A stretch of 64,000 nucleotides of DNA from the NCBI RefSeq assembly GCF_018350175.1, contig NC_058368.1, positions 138,138,001-138,202,000 of the forward strand. The letters run 5' to 3'. Source of the DNA: Felis catus (lineage: Eukaryota). Position numbers and translations under genes: made by a program. Of this stretch, positions 13,052 through 25,570 are shown in pieces (positions within the stretch are counted from its first letter, which is position 1; each line of letters begins with the position of its first letter). The notes beneath the pieces were generated by a model. The model was not told the DNA's origin, ran no database searches, and saw only the letters and a list, made by a program, of their open reading frames with translations.

Positions 13052-13313
13052 GGGGCGCCAGGGTGGCTCAGTCGATTAAGCATCTGACTTTGGTTCAGGT
13101 CATGATCTCACGGTTTGTGAGTTTGAGCTCCACATCGGGCTCTGTGCTGACGCCTCAGAGCCTGGAGCCTGCTTTGGATTCTGTGTCTCCCTCTCTCTCT
13201 GCCCCTTCCCCACTCACACTCTGTTTATGTCTCTCAAAATTGAATAAACATTAAAAAAAAAGGCTTGAATTGGAAAATCTGTGGCTAAATATAAAGAACT
13301 TAAAAAAAAAAAA
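13052..13313 (+). mobile_element. Can-SINE with about 40 bp 3' extension and a second A-tail
   Basis: TSD aagaataggactttgt at 13036-13051 and 13527-13542. Confidence 0.9.
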
Positions 13314-13315
13314 GA

Positions 13316-13526
13316 GGGGCGCCTGGGTGGCGCAGTCGGTTAAGCATCCGACTTCAGCCAGGTCACGATCTCGCGGTCCGTGAGTTCGAGCCCCGCGTCA
13401 GGCTCTGGGCTGATGGCTCAGAGCCTGGAGCCTGTTTCCGATTCTGTGTATCCCTCTCTCTCTGCCCCTCCCCCGTTCATGCTCTGTCTCTCTGTCCCAA
13501 AAATAAATAAACGTTGAAAAAAAAAA
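13316..13526 (+). mobile_element. Young felid Can-SINE nested in the A-tail of the previous SINE
   Basis: Diagnostic cttcagccaggtcacgatctcgcggtccg; (A)12GA on both sides. Confidence 0.96.
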
Positions 13527-14895
13527 AAGAATAGGACTTTGTAATTTTTCTGTCTTTATTTTCTAGTTGTTGTCGGCAGGAACGCTGGCCTGCTGTGGAC
13601 TGTTTCGTCCTGTCTGGAAATAGAAGCCATTCCTACTTGAAAGGCTCTTTCTGAAGAAATGTCTTAGAAGCCTTTGAAGTCATTTTGGCTTATCTTCCCC
13701 AAGAAAAAAAATGATATTCTGATAGCCCCCTCAGATTTAACCAATTTGCATTCACCTATATTTTGTTGATTTAGTTTTGCTTTGGGATAAGAAATTTGAA
13801 TGGTCTTCAGATATTATGCTACACAAAAGGTGGCTTGAACATGCTTTGAAGTCAGTAGTTCCTAAACTTTTTGAACCATATGTTTCTGTACACTCAGAAG
13901 AATCTCTAACTAATAGAGTTTCTCTCCAGATGAATGCCTGAAACCCTGCATACATGTTGAGGTGCCTAAGGAGCATTGCTTTTCCCTCCCCTCTCCACTC
14001 CTCCTCTCCCTGTGGATTTCAGGGTGAGAATCATCGTGTTAAGTACATGAAACAGAGGTCGAGGTGAATGCAAAGGTGTAGTAAGTCACTAAATGCTTGA
14101 GCACTGCTGTTGGTATGGTCACATGTTGGGGAGAAAAGTGTGCTGGGCCTGGGATGGCAAGATGTGGATTTGGGTTTGTGCTTCTGCCACTCACTGGACC
14201 TCATAGTACCGGGGTTTTCATTTTGACAGTGGGAGTCATGGTAATCTTTCCTAGGACTTGCTGTGGGAATAAGATGAGAAAATACACAATAAAGCACTTT
14301 GTAAATCATGAAACACTGTGCATATAAAAGATAATATGTGTGTTTAGATGTGTCTAGATCTGTAATATGTGCACACACATACAGGAAATAATTTCTGCAT
14401 TTTCTCATGTCTGTTGAAAGAAGTACTTAAACAGAACAACGTAGAAGAGAAGGCTTAGTGCCTGTAGTAGTTTCTTTGGCATTGTGCTTGAAGAATGGAA
14501 AGCAGATGACCTAACTTGGAGCTTGGGGCAGAAATCAAGACACTCTATACTGTCCATCTGGTTCTGGAGTCTTGATGTAGTTAGTGGTAACTAGTTCCTG
14601 TACTTGTATTTACTTATGAAATTGGATAATACACTTGAGAGAATTTTCCAGAGTCTCCAAACATATTTAACACTGCTGTTCAGAGAAGGTTCTATGCAGA
14701 ATTATTTTTTGTTGTAAAGAAGACAGGTTTCAGATCAAATCAAGTATCAGATCGAATTTGATAATTGACTTAGGGCATTATGTTGATATTAGCATAATGG
14801 CTTTCATTGGCATATATTAGTAAACTTTCAGTACAGTATTCGGTATCTTAGTTAACATGTACCCTTCTTGTAGTTGCATCATAAAAATTACTCTA

Positions 14896-15122
14896 GGGGC
14901 ACCTGGGTGGCTCGTCGGTTAAGCGTCCGACTTCGGCTCAGGTCATGATCTCACGGTCTGGGGGTTTGAGCCCCGCATCGGGCTCTGTGCTGACAGCTCA
15001 GAGCCTGGAGCCTGCTTCCGATTCTGTGTCTCCCTCTCTCTCTGGCCCTCCCCTGCTCATGTTCTGTCTCTCTCTGTTGCAAAAATAAATAAAAACATTA
15101 AAAAAAATTAAAAAAAATTAAA
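14896..15122 (+). mobile_element. Can-SINE with TSD ataaaaattactcta
   Basis: 15-bp direct repeats at 14881-14895 and 15123-15137. Confidence 0.96.
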
Positions 15123-15932
15123 ATAAAAATTACTCTATATAAAGACTATGCAGAATACCTGAAAAACAGTAGTACATGTTTTACTGTCCTATAAAAAGAT
15201 GACCATTGTTATTATTAACTTCCAATTTCTATTTAGTTATGTAAAGTTAGAGTTGAATTATATGCATACTTTTGAGAATATGAGGAAATCCATAAACCTT
15301 TCCTCAGAAGAATGGACACATACACATAAAAAGAGAGTTTGGCTTACAATTTTTAAGGGGTTCCCAGACCAGCTGAAACCTATTTATGGATTCTTCCTGT
15401 GGCCCCAAATTAAGAAACCCCACTATAAAAAGATGCATACTTTGTTCTCATTGTCATAATTTGAAACTACAGTATTTATTGCCTATTCATGCCAGATATT
15501 TTAGAAACTAGATGGTTAAATTTGTTGAGCATACAACACTGTTACTAACCAAATAGAATTACACATATGTTGTCTATAGAGGATGAGAGTTAAGACTATA
15601 GGGAGAGCATTAGCACAGGGATATTCAGTGAGTATGATAATACAGGCACCAAGTTACTCAAGGTATTTAGAGACCTAGATCAATGAAAACATATTTAGAA
15701 TGTGCACATTGGTGTCGATCATTTCCATCTGACATTCATTGGAAGAGGGATAAAAAAGTTGCGTGAAAGAAATAGTATTAAATCTTTTTGTCACGTGAAA
15801 CTTTTTTGGTTGTTGGAGAAGAAACCCACAGATGTCACAGCATTTCAGCAGAAATCTTGGTCTTTCAGAAGTATTGATGAGTTTTACAAGCAGAATTTCT
15901 TTATGAGATGCTTCATGGTAAAAAATGTTGGT

Positions 15933-16151
15933 GGGGCGCCTGGGTGGCGCAGTCGGTTAAGCGTCCGACTTCAGCCAGGTCACGATCTCCCGGTCCGGGA
16001 GTTCGAGCCCCGCGTCAGGCTCTGGGCTGATGGCTCAGAGCCTGGAGCCTGTTTCCGATTCTGTGTCTCCCTCTCTCTCTGCCCCTCCCCCGTTCATGCT
16101 CTGTCTCTCTCTGTCCCAAAAATAAATAAACGTTGAAAAAAAACTTAAAAA
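15933..16151 (+). mobile_element. Young felid Can-SINE, TSD aaaaaatgttggt
   Basis: CpG-intact body and perfect TSD. Confidence 0.97.
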
Positions 16152-16923
16152 AAAAAATGTTGGTTTAATTTACGTGCGTGTGTGTTTGTATTGAGGTATA
16201 TTTAGTATGGTTGTAGTTCAGCTTTTTTACTGAATATTTGTTCTCATTTTCCATGTTACTGTCCTGTAGAGATTTTACAAGAGTATTTGAGTGCTTTTTA
16301 TTTGGGCAAGAATAGATAACCGGTGATACATCTTCATTGTTCAGAGAGGAAAGGGACTGATTCTCATGTTCATCTAAACTGGTGGACTTGAGAAAGTGAA
16401 AATTTTGAACTGCTTAAGGCAAACATGAATGGAAAAAGGAAGACCAGGGTTCTTAAAGCTGAAATTTGATCTTACTGCTAACAATGTTGACAATATTTAG
16501 TAGTACACTTTAATAAAAGTGGGCAATAAATGTCACTGGTAAGAGAAAAAAGATAAATGATAGTAAGGAGGAACTGTTTACTATCCATAAATTTGAAAAT
16601 AAAAGTTTTGGCAAGGTTGCAACGAAAAGAATACTCGTGACCAGCACAGGTGGCAATGAAATTTGAGAGAACATAATTGGAGAGCAGTTCGGCAATTTGT
16701 GACCAGCTTTCACACTTTTGGAACCATTTCTGGAATTTTGTTCTACAAAAGTAAAGCGTGATGTACGTGAAGAGGTTTGGTGGAATATTAACAATGTTAA
16801 CCTAGAAACAGTCTTAAAGTATAACATTACAAGGATGATAGAGTAAAATGTAGAAGGAACATTATAGTTGATGGAATGCAATTAAAAATGATGCCAAAAA
16901 TCATGACATGGGAAATTACTTTT

Positions 16924-17144
16924 TTTTTTTTTTTTTTCAACATTTTTATTTTTATTTTTGGGACAGAGAGAGACAGAGCATGAACGGGGGAGGGGCAGAG
17001 AGAGAGGAAGACACAGAATCGGAAACAGACTCCAGGCTCTGAGCTGTCAGCACAGAGCCCGACGCGGGGCTCGAACTCACGGACCGCGAGATCGTGACCT
17101 GGCTGAAGTCGGACGCTTAACCGACTGCGCCACCCAGGCGCCCC
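16924..17144 (-). mobile_element. Young felid Can-SINE, TSD gggaaattactttt
   Basis: CpG-intact body and TSD. Confidence 0.97.
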
Positions 17145-19179
17145 GGGAAATTACTTTTGACAGAAAAGCACAACCATATGTGTATTTAAGCTGTGATGAT
17201 CGTTCTCTAAGAGTTAGCCGTATGTTGAACAAAGACTGGGATGGGAGTCAATGGAAGAATGAAAACAAGTTGGTACTTTTGGGTGGTGTCAGGATGGATG
17301 GGATTGATTTCATTGCTACCATTTTTTTTAGTAATGATAAATTTTAGACCGCCTTCTGACTTTATGTGCTTATGAATTTTTGTGTTTAATATGGAATTAA
17401 TTGGAAATTGAGACATGTGGAATGAGGCCTTTTTTCCCCCCTAATAGAGGCTTTTGTTCCAAAACGATTTGCTGGGTCACCTGTTCTTTCCGCACTGGCT
17501 TCACGTCACCTTTATTACATACTTTTTATTCGTCTGCTTCTGGACTTCATACTTAGTCGTCTGTCTTTGTGCCCCTGTCATGCTATTTAAATTATTATGG
17601 TTCTATTGTATGCTTTGCTTTGAGCTGGGGCAAATTCAGACCCCGCCCTGTGTAGCCCAAGCATAGCATTATCTTTCTCCCAACTGTTTCTAGTCTTGTG
17701 TATCTGTTCTTCCAGATGCACTTTAAAATAAGCTCACTTCATTTGAAAAATTAAGTTTGGGTTTTGACTACAGCACGTTAAATTTTTGGGTTTACTTGGG
17801 GAGATATTTTTGCCTGTTAAGCCTCTTACTGTGTCCACAATTTTCAGTGAAATGAGTGTGTGTTGTTTTTAAACTTGGGATAGAGTGAGCTGGCAGAAAG
17901 GTGATGACACATGTTCAGCATTTCTCCCTAGAAGCGCAGCGATTCTGATAGTGATGTAGACGAATTCACTTGGGAAAGCTTAAAGTTTTAATTGTCCAAA
18001 ACAAAGTATGAAATGACTCCAAGTGGGGAAACGATGGAGGCACACGGGAATTCTGTAAGTTGGAATTTATCTTTTCCATTAATAAAATCAATGATCCTTT
18101 AAGAAAAAGAGCAGGTTTTCGGTGGCCACAGTGGTTAGAAAGACCCCAGTCTGACCCCCAAATCGTCCCTGGGCACTGATTATTTACACTGTACTTGTTT
18201 TTCAGAACATTTTCTGAAACCTGTTTTTCCTGTTGTGTGTCACTTTATCCGAATCTCCTTCGAACTCTAACTTTCCTGAATGAAAATGTTCATGTTCTTT
18301 AGTATTCATATTTCCTTTTTCTGGTGTCTTCTCCTGCCAACCCTCCATCCCATTCTATCCCATTGGGCTTCTCTCTTAGTTTCTGCATCACCCCCTTCCC
18401 TCCTCCTCCCATAATACTTTCTGTGTCTTTCTGGTCTCCTTGTGATTAGCAAATAAGAGGGCTGCTTTCATTGCTGGGTAGTATTCTTCGTGCTAAGACT
18501 CTGGACATCTCTCGTTAATGGATATGTCTTATTTCTGGCCTGTTGTTGTTTATCTTCTTGTATCAATGTAGAGCATGGTGTGGTCTCAAAAGGAAGGCAT
18601 ACCTGAATTGTAAAACTGTTCTGTTCGGGGGTGAATTGCTTTGGAAAGGGTTGCAGCTAAACTCCTTTATAAATTGTGGGTGGTCCTTGTTCACCCAACC
18701 AAATAAAATAGTAATGTGATGGTTGTTTTGACCAGATCCAGATTAGATATCCTTTTGATCTATGGAAAACTTTGATTTGTTTATACAATTTGTTTTCTTT
18801 ATCAAAAAAAAAAAAAAAAAAAGACCAGTCAGGTCAGATTCTGTTCGCAGACAATTAACAGTCTCTTTAGCAACCAGGAACATGACTAACACAAGCTGTC
18901 CTTCCTTTTTTAGGAAATGGAATTTCATCGAAGTTTCCTCTCTGTCATGTCAGACATTTGTTACTGTTTTTTTACTTTTCAGATCCTCTTCCTGAACTTT
19001 TTTGGAAGCTGTCGTATGGTGCATTTTTCTTGGTGTGTTACTTTCTATTGACGATATTTGTGTATGTTTGCACACGCTCACATGCAGAGAAAGGACAATC
19101 CAAAATTATAAACTCGTGTTTTTTTCCATGAAACCACAATTTGTGTTGATAGCAATTCATAATTAATGATAATATTTCA

Positions 19180-19389
19180 GGGGCACCTGGGTGGCTCAGT
19201 TGGTTAAGTGTCCAACTACGGGTCAGGTCATGATCTCATGGTTCATGGGTTCGAGCCCTGCGCTGGGCTCTGTGCTGACAGTTCAGAGCCTGGAGTCTGC
19301 TTCGGATTCTGTGTCTTCTACTCTCACTGTTCCTCCCCTACTCCCGCTCTGTCTCTCAAATGTAAATAAAGATTAAAATTTAAAAAAAA
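19180..19389 (+). mobile_element. Can-SINE
   Basis: Full body; TSD gataat(a/g)tttca at 19168-19179 and 19611-19622. Confidence 0.94.
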
Positions 19390-19395
19390 GATAAT

Positions 19396-19609
19396 TTTTT
19401 TTTTTTAACATTTATTCATTTTTAAGAGTGAGAGAGACAGAGCATGAGCAGGGGAGGGGCAGAGAGAGAGGGAAACACAGAATCTGAAGCAGGCTCCAGG
19501 CTCCGAGCTGTCAGCACAGGGCCCGATGCGGGGCTTGAACTCATGGACCTCGAGATCCTGACCTGAGCCAAAGTCAGATGCTCAACCGACTGAGCCACCC
19601 AGGGACCCC
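19396..19609 (-). mobile_element. Can-SINE, tail-to-tail with the previous one
   Basis: Full antisense body flanked by agataat. Confidence 0.94.
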
Positions 19610-20049
19610 AGATAATGTTTCATGTGTGTGATGGGTTACTAACTGCCGGGAAAACAGCCGTTTTATTTTTAAAGTTTAGATGAAATATCCATGTGATTAT
19701 TGGAGAAAGGAGTTATGCACTGATTTTGTTTCTGCTACTGATTGGCATAGTTCTTGACATCCTACAGAATGTAGTGCTGAGACCCATCAAAGGCAAACAG
19801 ATGTTAAGGAGACTGTGTAGAATTTCCTCTGTTTCCTTTCCTCCCCTATCACGGGGGGAGGAACTTGCCAAGAGCGGGTTTGTTTTTGTTGGGCAAGCAC
19901 ACAAAAGCCCAGATGCTTCTCTGCACTGGGCCAAGCTCTGGAGGCCCTCCAAAGTGGGGGACCCTTTCCACCTCCTAGTCCATTATGCTGCCACTCCCAT
20001 AGGCTGGGTGGAATGTACCATCTCTCTGGAGGACTCTCTTTGTATTGTT

Positions 20050-20052
<3 letters not shown>

Positions 20053-20082
<30 letters not shown>
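20053..20082. repeat. (GT)15 microsatellite
   Basis: Seen directly. Confidence 0.95.
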
Positions 20083-20085
<3 letters not shown>

Positions 20086-20556
20086 TGTGGAGGGAGTGTC
20101 CTGAATCCTCAGAGTCTTCAAGCATCCCAAGATGGTCTGGCAATCTTGTCCATCACTGCCTCTCCCTCGGTTGTAGCAGTGCTGATCTAGTCCCTCCACA
20201 TAGCCTCTGGATGATGACATACCGAAGAGTCCTCACCTGCTGCCTGCTTCCTTGGCATACCTTCCTTCCTTGGAGTGTGCCTCTGGGACCCAAAGGCAGC
20301 TCCTCTCCTTTGGACCGGGGTACTCAGCAGGCCTTGTGCCAACCAGAAGCTCTCAGGAGAAAGTGTAAGGCCAGGCCGGATGAGAAAGAGGACCTGAAAT
20401 TCCCTCAGAGAAGACAAATAGCACTTGGAAACGGCACAACAAGTGTGGGAGCATGTGGTGCAATTTATTTGGCAAAGTTCGTGAGTGTTTAAAGTTCTTA
20501 CCACCTACTGTGATCCACTCTAGGGTAAGGCAATAACTAACAATAATTGTTTTGAA

Positions 20557-20751
20557 GGGCACCTGGGTGGCTCGGTCGGTTGAGTGTCGGACTTCGGCTC
20601 AGGTCACGATCTCACCGTTCCCGAGTTCAAGCCCCGCGTCGGGCTCTGTGCTGACAAATCGGAGCCTGGAGCCTGCTTTGGATTCTGTGTTTCCCTCTCT
20701 CTCTGCCCCTCCCCCTCTCGCATAAAATAAATACATGCTAAAAAAATTAAA
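20557..20751 (+). mobile_element. Can-SINE with TSD aataattgttttgaa
   Basis: Body plus direct repeats. Confidence 0.95.
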
Positions 20752-21141
20752 AATAATTGTTTTGAACCTTTGTACTATGGTAGTATATTAGGAACAGAAA
20801 AAAAAGTTAAATAGAATCAATGATGTAGGAAATAAAGGACAACAAAGTTGAATCACATTTCTATAGCTAGTAAATTTTAAAAGATTTCTTCCCTATGCTT
20901 TGGACTTCTTCAGGTTTAAAAACAGAACAAACCAGCTCTGACACCCATACTTTAATATATCAGAAAGCACCTGTCATTGAAAGTATTTGTTATCGGAAAT
21001 GAGGATTTGTGATGTTTGAGTCTCAGCCACATGAAATGAACATTACCAATGCTGTTTGGGACCCCAGCCCTTTTGACTGTGTGTTTTTTTTAGAGCCAGG
21101 GCAAAAAGTGTGACGATGCCTCAACTTAACTCATTTTTTAG

Positions 21142-21289
21142 GGGCAGATGACCGTCTATGCAAAGTTTGGCAAAAATGTTTATCTTCCTGAAGATGCCGA
21201 GTTTTACTTTATTTATGATGGATCTCATCAGAGACACATCGTGGTTGCACGGCGCACTGAGGATAATGTTCTCCAATCCAGCGTTCCAG
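21142..21289 (+). CDS. ARHGEF28: ARHGEF28 internal coding exon (148 bp, phase 0 to 1): GQMTVYAKFGKNVYLPEDAEFYFIYDGSHQRHIVVARRTEDNVLQSSVP
   Basis: Acceptor tcattttttag|GGG, donor CCAG|gtaagg. Open frame. Peptide matches my recollection of the human ARHGEF28 N-terminus (GQMMIYAKFDKNVYLPEDAEFYF). This frame is absent from the ORF track. Confidence 0.95.
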
Positions 21290-22209
21290 GTAAGGTATAC
21301 TCTTCACTCTGCATTTGAGAATTCTGTCTGGAAGCCTCATTCCTCCAGGGTCATAGGCTGGGAAGAGGACCAAGAGGAGCAAGTAAACAGTGCTCCAAGT
21401 GGGATGGGTTTGGGTCAGAGGTGGAGAGAGGGTGGGGTAGGGGAAGGGACGGAGCCCATGAGAAGGCACACAGTGGGTTATCCCACTGAGGTTCTTCCAC
21501 CTCTGTCAGCCTTGCCTTCGACTGAGCAGACCCACCCTGCTGGCCACACCCAACTTTCACAGTGGGCTCTGCTTTGGGTATAGCTGAATGGAGGACTCCC
21601 TGTATCTTAGGATCACCTCCTATTGTCCTACGGCCTACGGTCAGGGTGGCTCAGGCAGACCTGAGACGTGACCAGTAGGTTTTCATTCTCCCTGCCTACT
21701 TCGCCTGCACTGAGTCTGACAGCCCTAGTGTCTGCCTGTCTCCCGCTTGCTTCTTTTGGTGTCTGGGGTTCCTTCCATGGCACTCTGTGTATCTAGACTT
21801 GTCTTTACCAGATCTCAGGCTCCATAACTTTGTCTTCCCACCACCCAAATGTTCGTGTTCAGAAACTTGTCATTCTCCTACATGTCTTCTTTGATTACCG
21901 TGGTGACAGATGACAAGTTAATATTTCATGTTAGTGTTTGTTAAGAACTAATAGTTCTCAGATGCAGCTGTTTTTGAAATTTCATTGGAATGTGGGTTAT
22001 GTATCTGAGACATCAAGTTGTAGCCACAGAGCGTAGTGAAGGTGTTATTATTTGCAGGGGGTGGGGGGAGCATTTTGTTGTTTGGTTTATTGATGGATTG
22101 GTTTTCTTTAACCTAAATGCGTCTTTTAGGCCCTCTAAATTGCATTGTGGAGGGAGCCTTCGGTTCTTTAATGGGTAAGTTGGCCTCATTTTTAGAGGAA
22201 AGATACTTT

Positions 22210-22401
22210 TTTTTAAAAAAGGTATTTCATATTTTTAGATAGAGATGGTGTGAATAGGGGAGAGGGAGAGACAGGAAGAATCTGAAGCAGGCTCTACATG
22301 GAGCATAGAGCCAGACATGGGGCTGGAATTGCAAGACCCTGGCATCATTGCCTGAACTGAGATAAAGAGACACTCATCTGATTGAGCCACCCAGGTGCCC
22401 C
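22210..22401 (-). mobile_element. Can-SINE (older, diverged)
   Basis: Antisense body ending gagccacccaggtgcccc. Confidence 0.85.
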
Positions 22402-22419
22402 TAGAGAAAGGATATTTCT

Positions 22420-22643
22420 TTCTTTCTTTTTTTTTTAAAAATTTTTTTTAAACATTTATTTATTTTTGAGAGCGTGCACAAGTGGGGGAATGGCAGAGAG
22501 AGAGGGAGACACAGAATCTGAAGCAGGCTCCAGGCTCTGAGCTGTCAGCACAGAGCCAGACGTGGGGCTTGAACTCACAAACTGTGAGATCATGACCTGA
22601 GCCGAAGTCGGATGCTTAACCGACTGAGCCACCCAGGCGCCCC
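22420..22643 (-). mobile_element. Can-SINE
   Basis: Antisense body; TSD tagag(a/g)aaggatatttct. Confidence 0.95.
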
Positions 22644-24186
22644 TAGAGGAAGGATATTTCTAAGTGCTTCTGCTGTGTATCTGTTACATGGGGGAAGAAG
22701 GTAGACAGTAAACATGCGAACAACTCATAGTGAGAATTGCAGAGAGGTGCGGAGGCCCTTCAGCCCTACCTCGGCCTGGTCATCAGATCAGTCTGTTTTC
22801 ACATTTCTGACGCCATGGGCAATTTTAAGCACTTCTCTCTCTGGTCCAGTAACTTCCATCCTTAGAAGAAAAAAAGCCAACCCTCTTTAATGGCACAGAG
22901 TCACTTTGTCTCTCTCTCTTTAGCCTTTGTCTTTCTGCTTTGACTTTTATGTTGATGTCTTTGCTGCCTTTTGCTCCCCCCCTCCTTGCTTGATTTTCTC
23001 TCAGGAAGCCTCTAGTGGGGGAAGAATGAAAATAACAAAAGTGCAATCCTAATATCAAAACTTCTGTCATTTTCTTTACTTGGACGCGGGGGTTAGCCTT
23101 CTTCCCCTTCCTTGTGTGTTAAAATCTTTTTGATGGTAGTGTCGCCTGTTTTGAAGTGAGAGGTCTTACCTTAGTTTTAACAGAATCCGTACAGGCAGGT
23201 GACAGTCCCTGCTTCTGAACCTTAAATGTCTGCTGTTGCAGCTTTCCCATGGTAGCTTCTCAGAAGTGTGTAGAGTAGATTTCTGTAGTATGTGCTGGAA
23301 GCTTATCGTCTGGGGCGGGGCGGGGGGGGGGGGGTGTGGTTGCTATTTGGTGCCCACACCAGTAGATCATTTTTAAAGAGGTGATGTGAAATGGCACTGG
23401 TTCTCACTTAGTAAACTGGGATGCTCTTGTTCCTGTGAAGGCTCCTATTAGCCATTTGCTTGGCTATGATTATAATAACCACAGAAGTTGGGTGGGACTA
23501 ATTCCTGGAGCTTCTGTCAAGTGCAGCATAAAAATGGACCTGGAGAGTGGTTCACCCACCTGGACAAGATGAAGGGGGAGTATAAGGAGGGACAGGTGGC
23601 AGGATTCGATGACCACCCACAAGAGAAATACTAAGAGCACTTGCAAGAGACACGCTATTCTCAGAGGTGGCAGGGGTGGGGGGCAACGAACAACATACGT
23701 TAAGTATTTCTGATGAGTTGTCTTCACTTACCCTAACTCGTAATTCGAAGGACCTCCGTGGAGCTACTTTATGAAACTATCATCTAAATAAATACCTAAA
23801 AATGGAAGAGTCAGGAGGAAGTGTCAGAGCAGGAAAGGGCCAAGGCCTTTAAAGTGACAAAGTTGAATGAAGTGTTTGGGGCAGGAGTACAAGGTGAAGG
23901 TGTGCCAAATAACAGTGTGGGATAATGATAGGAGAATAAACACTGAAGTGCTCAGAGCTTAAAAAGGTTAGTTTTCAAATTGGGAGTTATAGAAAGAAAA
24001 TGGAACTTGTTTTAATTTGGCCCCACAAGCCCAGCAACGTTTAAAGATAACTGGCTTCATTTCCCTTCTGCCTTGCTGTCCGGGAGCGCGTGGTTTGCTT
24101 GGGCAGTGCAATGAAACTAGTGACCCCTGCCTGGGTGAGCACCTCATGTAGACTCTAGGTGAACTAGTTCCTGTCTCGTTGTCCAG

Positions 24187-24480
24187 GCCACGGGCTTCAG
24201 GAGATGGTGATGGTGTCTGTGTGCCTCTGCTCAGAAGGTTACTCCCCGGTGATCATGGGCTCTGGCTCCGTGACCTACGTGGACAACATGGCCTGCAGGC
24301 TGGCTCGTTTGCTGGTCACCCAGGCTGATCGCCTCACAGCCGGTAGTCATCAGACCTTGCTGACTCCATTTGCCCTGACGGCGGGAGCTTTGCCTGCTTT
24401 GGATGAGGAGCTCGTGCTGGCTCTGACCCATCTGGAGATGCCTCTTGGGTGGACTGTCTTGGGAAATTATTCACTTGAAG
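24187..24480 (+). CDS. ARHGEF28: ARHGEF28 coding exon (294 bp, phase 1 to 1): GHGLQEMVMVSVCLCSEGYSPVIMGSGSVTYVDNMACRLARLLVTQ...LDEELVLALTHLEMPLGWTVLGNYSLE
   Basis: Acceptor gtccag|GC, donor GAAG|gtgggt. Overlaps ORF 24204..24530. Joins in frame to the previous exon (G|GC = Gly). Confidence 0.96.
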
Positions 24481-24994
24481 GTGGGTCCTCACCAGAATAT
24501 TCAGATGTCTTTTCTCTATGTGCCTTATGATTTGTTGTCTGTCTCTGTGGGTTGATTTTCCTGCCCGTTTTTTGACCTGATCCTCACTCTGATATGGCTG
24601 GATTCCTTGAGATCCTGGGGCACTCGTCTCTGGGCTGGTTGATGCTATTTCGGCTCTATTCGAGGCGGGGAAGAACTTTGCCTCAAAGAGGGAAGGACTG
24701 TTGCTTGGTGGTAGGGTCTTGCACCAGTTCCTTTGGGCTATGGCTCTACTTCCCTTGGCATCTGTTCTTGCCATGAGCTTCTGCACTATTTACAAGTAAC
24801 TAGAGTCATCAGGCAAGGAATAATAGGCAGTCAGCTCTGAGCAACTGAGCTATGGGAGTATGGCCATGCAGGAAATAGAATCACTATGTTGACATCTTTA
24901 AAACACCAGTGTCACTGAGAGTATCCAGATGTTTGTGCTAACTTTTGGAGATATCTCTGGAATGGTTCCTGTTTATTGAAAGACTGTATAGACT

Positions 24995-25196
24995 CTTTTT
25001 TTTTTTTAATGTTTATTTATTTTTAAGAGAGGTAAACGGTGAGCAGGGGAGGGGCAGAGAGAAGGGGGACTGAGGATCCGAAGCAGGCTCCATGCTGACA
25101 GCAGAGAGCCCAATGCGGGGCTCGAACTCATGAATTGTGAGATCATGCGTTATGTCAAAGTAACACGCTCAGCTGATAGAGCCACCTAGGTACCCC
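24995..25196 (-). mobile_element. Can-SINE
   Basis: Antisense body; TSD-like aagactg(t/a)ata. Confidence 0.9.
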
Positions 25197-25352
25197 AAGA
25201 CTGAATAATTGGCTCTCAACACCAACCATCTGTGTGTGAACAAAGATGGGTGTTTTGTGTAAGTCCATGCAAGGCATGAGGCTAAACTGTTCGATAGATA
25301 CTTCTTATGGTTATTACCAGTCACAAAATTTTATTAGAAATAGATGTTGTTA

Positions 25353-25570
25353 GTGGCGCCTGGGTGGCTTACTCGGTTAGGCATCCGACTTCAGCTCAGG
25401 TCATGATCTTGTGGTTCACGAGTTTGAGCCCCGTGTCGGGCTCTGCTGACAGCTCAGAGCCTGGAACCTGCTTCAGATTCTGTGTCTTCCTCTCTCTGTG
25501 CCTCTCCCCCACTCATTCTCATTCTCTCTCTCTCTCTCAAAAAATAAACAAAACCTTAAAAAATTAAAAA
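25353..25570 (+). mobile_element. Can-SINE
   Basis: Body; TSD-like agaaatagatgt. Confidence 0.93.

Noticed and set aside
21158..21583. 141-aa ORF overlapping the first exon
   Set aside because: Wrong frame relative to the spliced ARHGEF28 reading frame and runs on into intron.
24481..24530. Read-through of the exon ORF past the donor, suggesting an alternative C-terminus
   Set aside because: Only 16 codons before a stop, which is expected by chance; no poly(A) evidence nearby.
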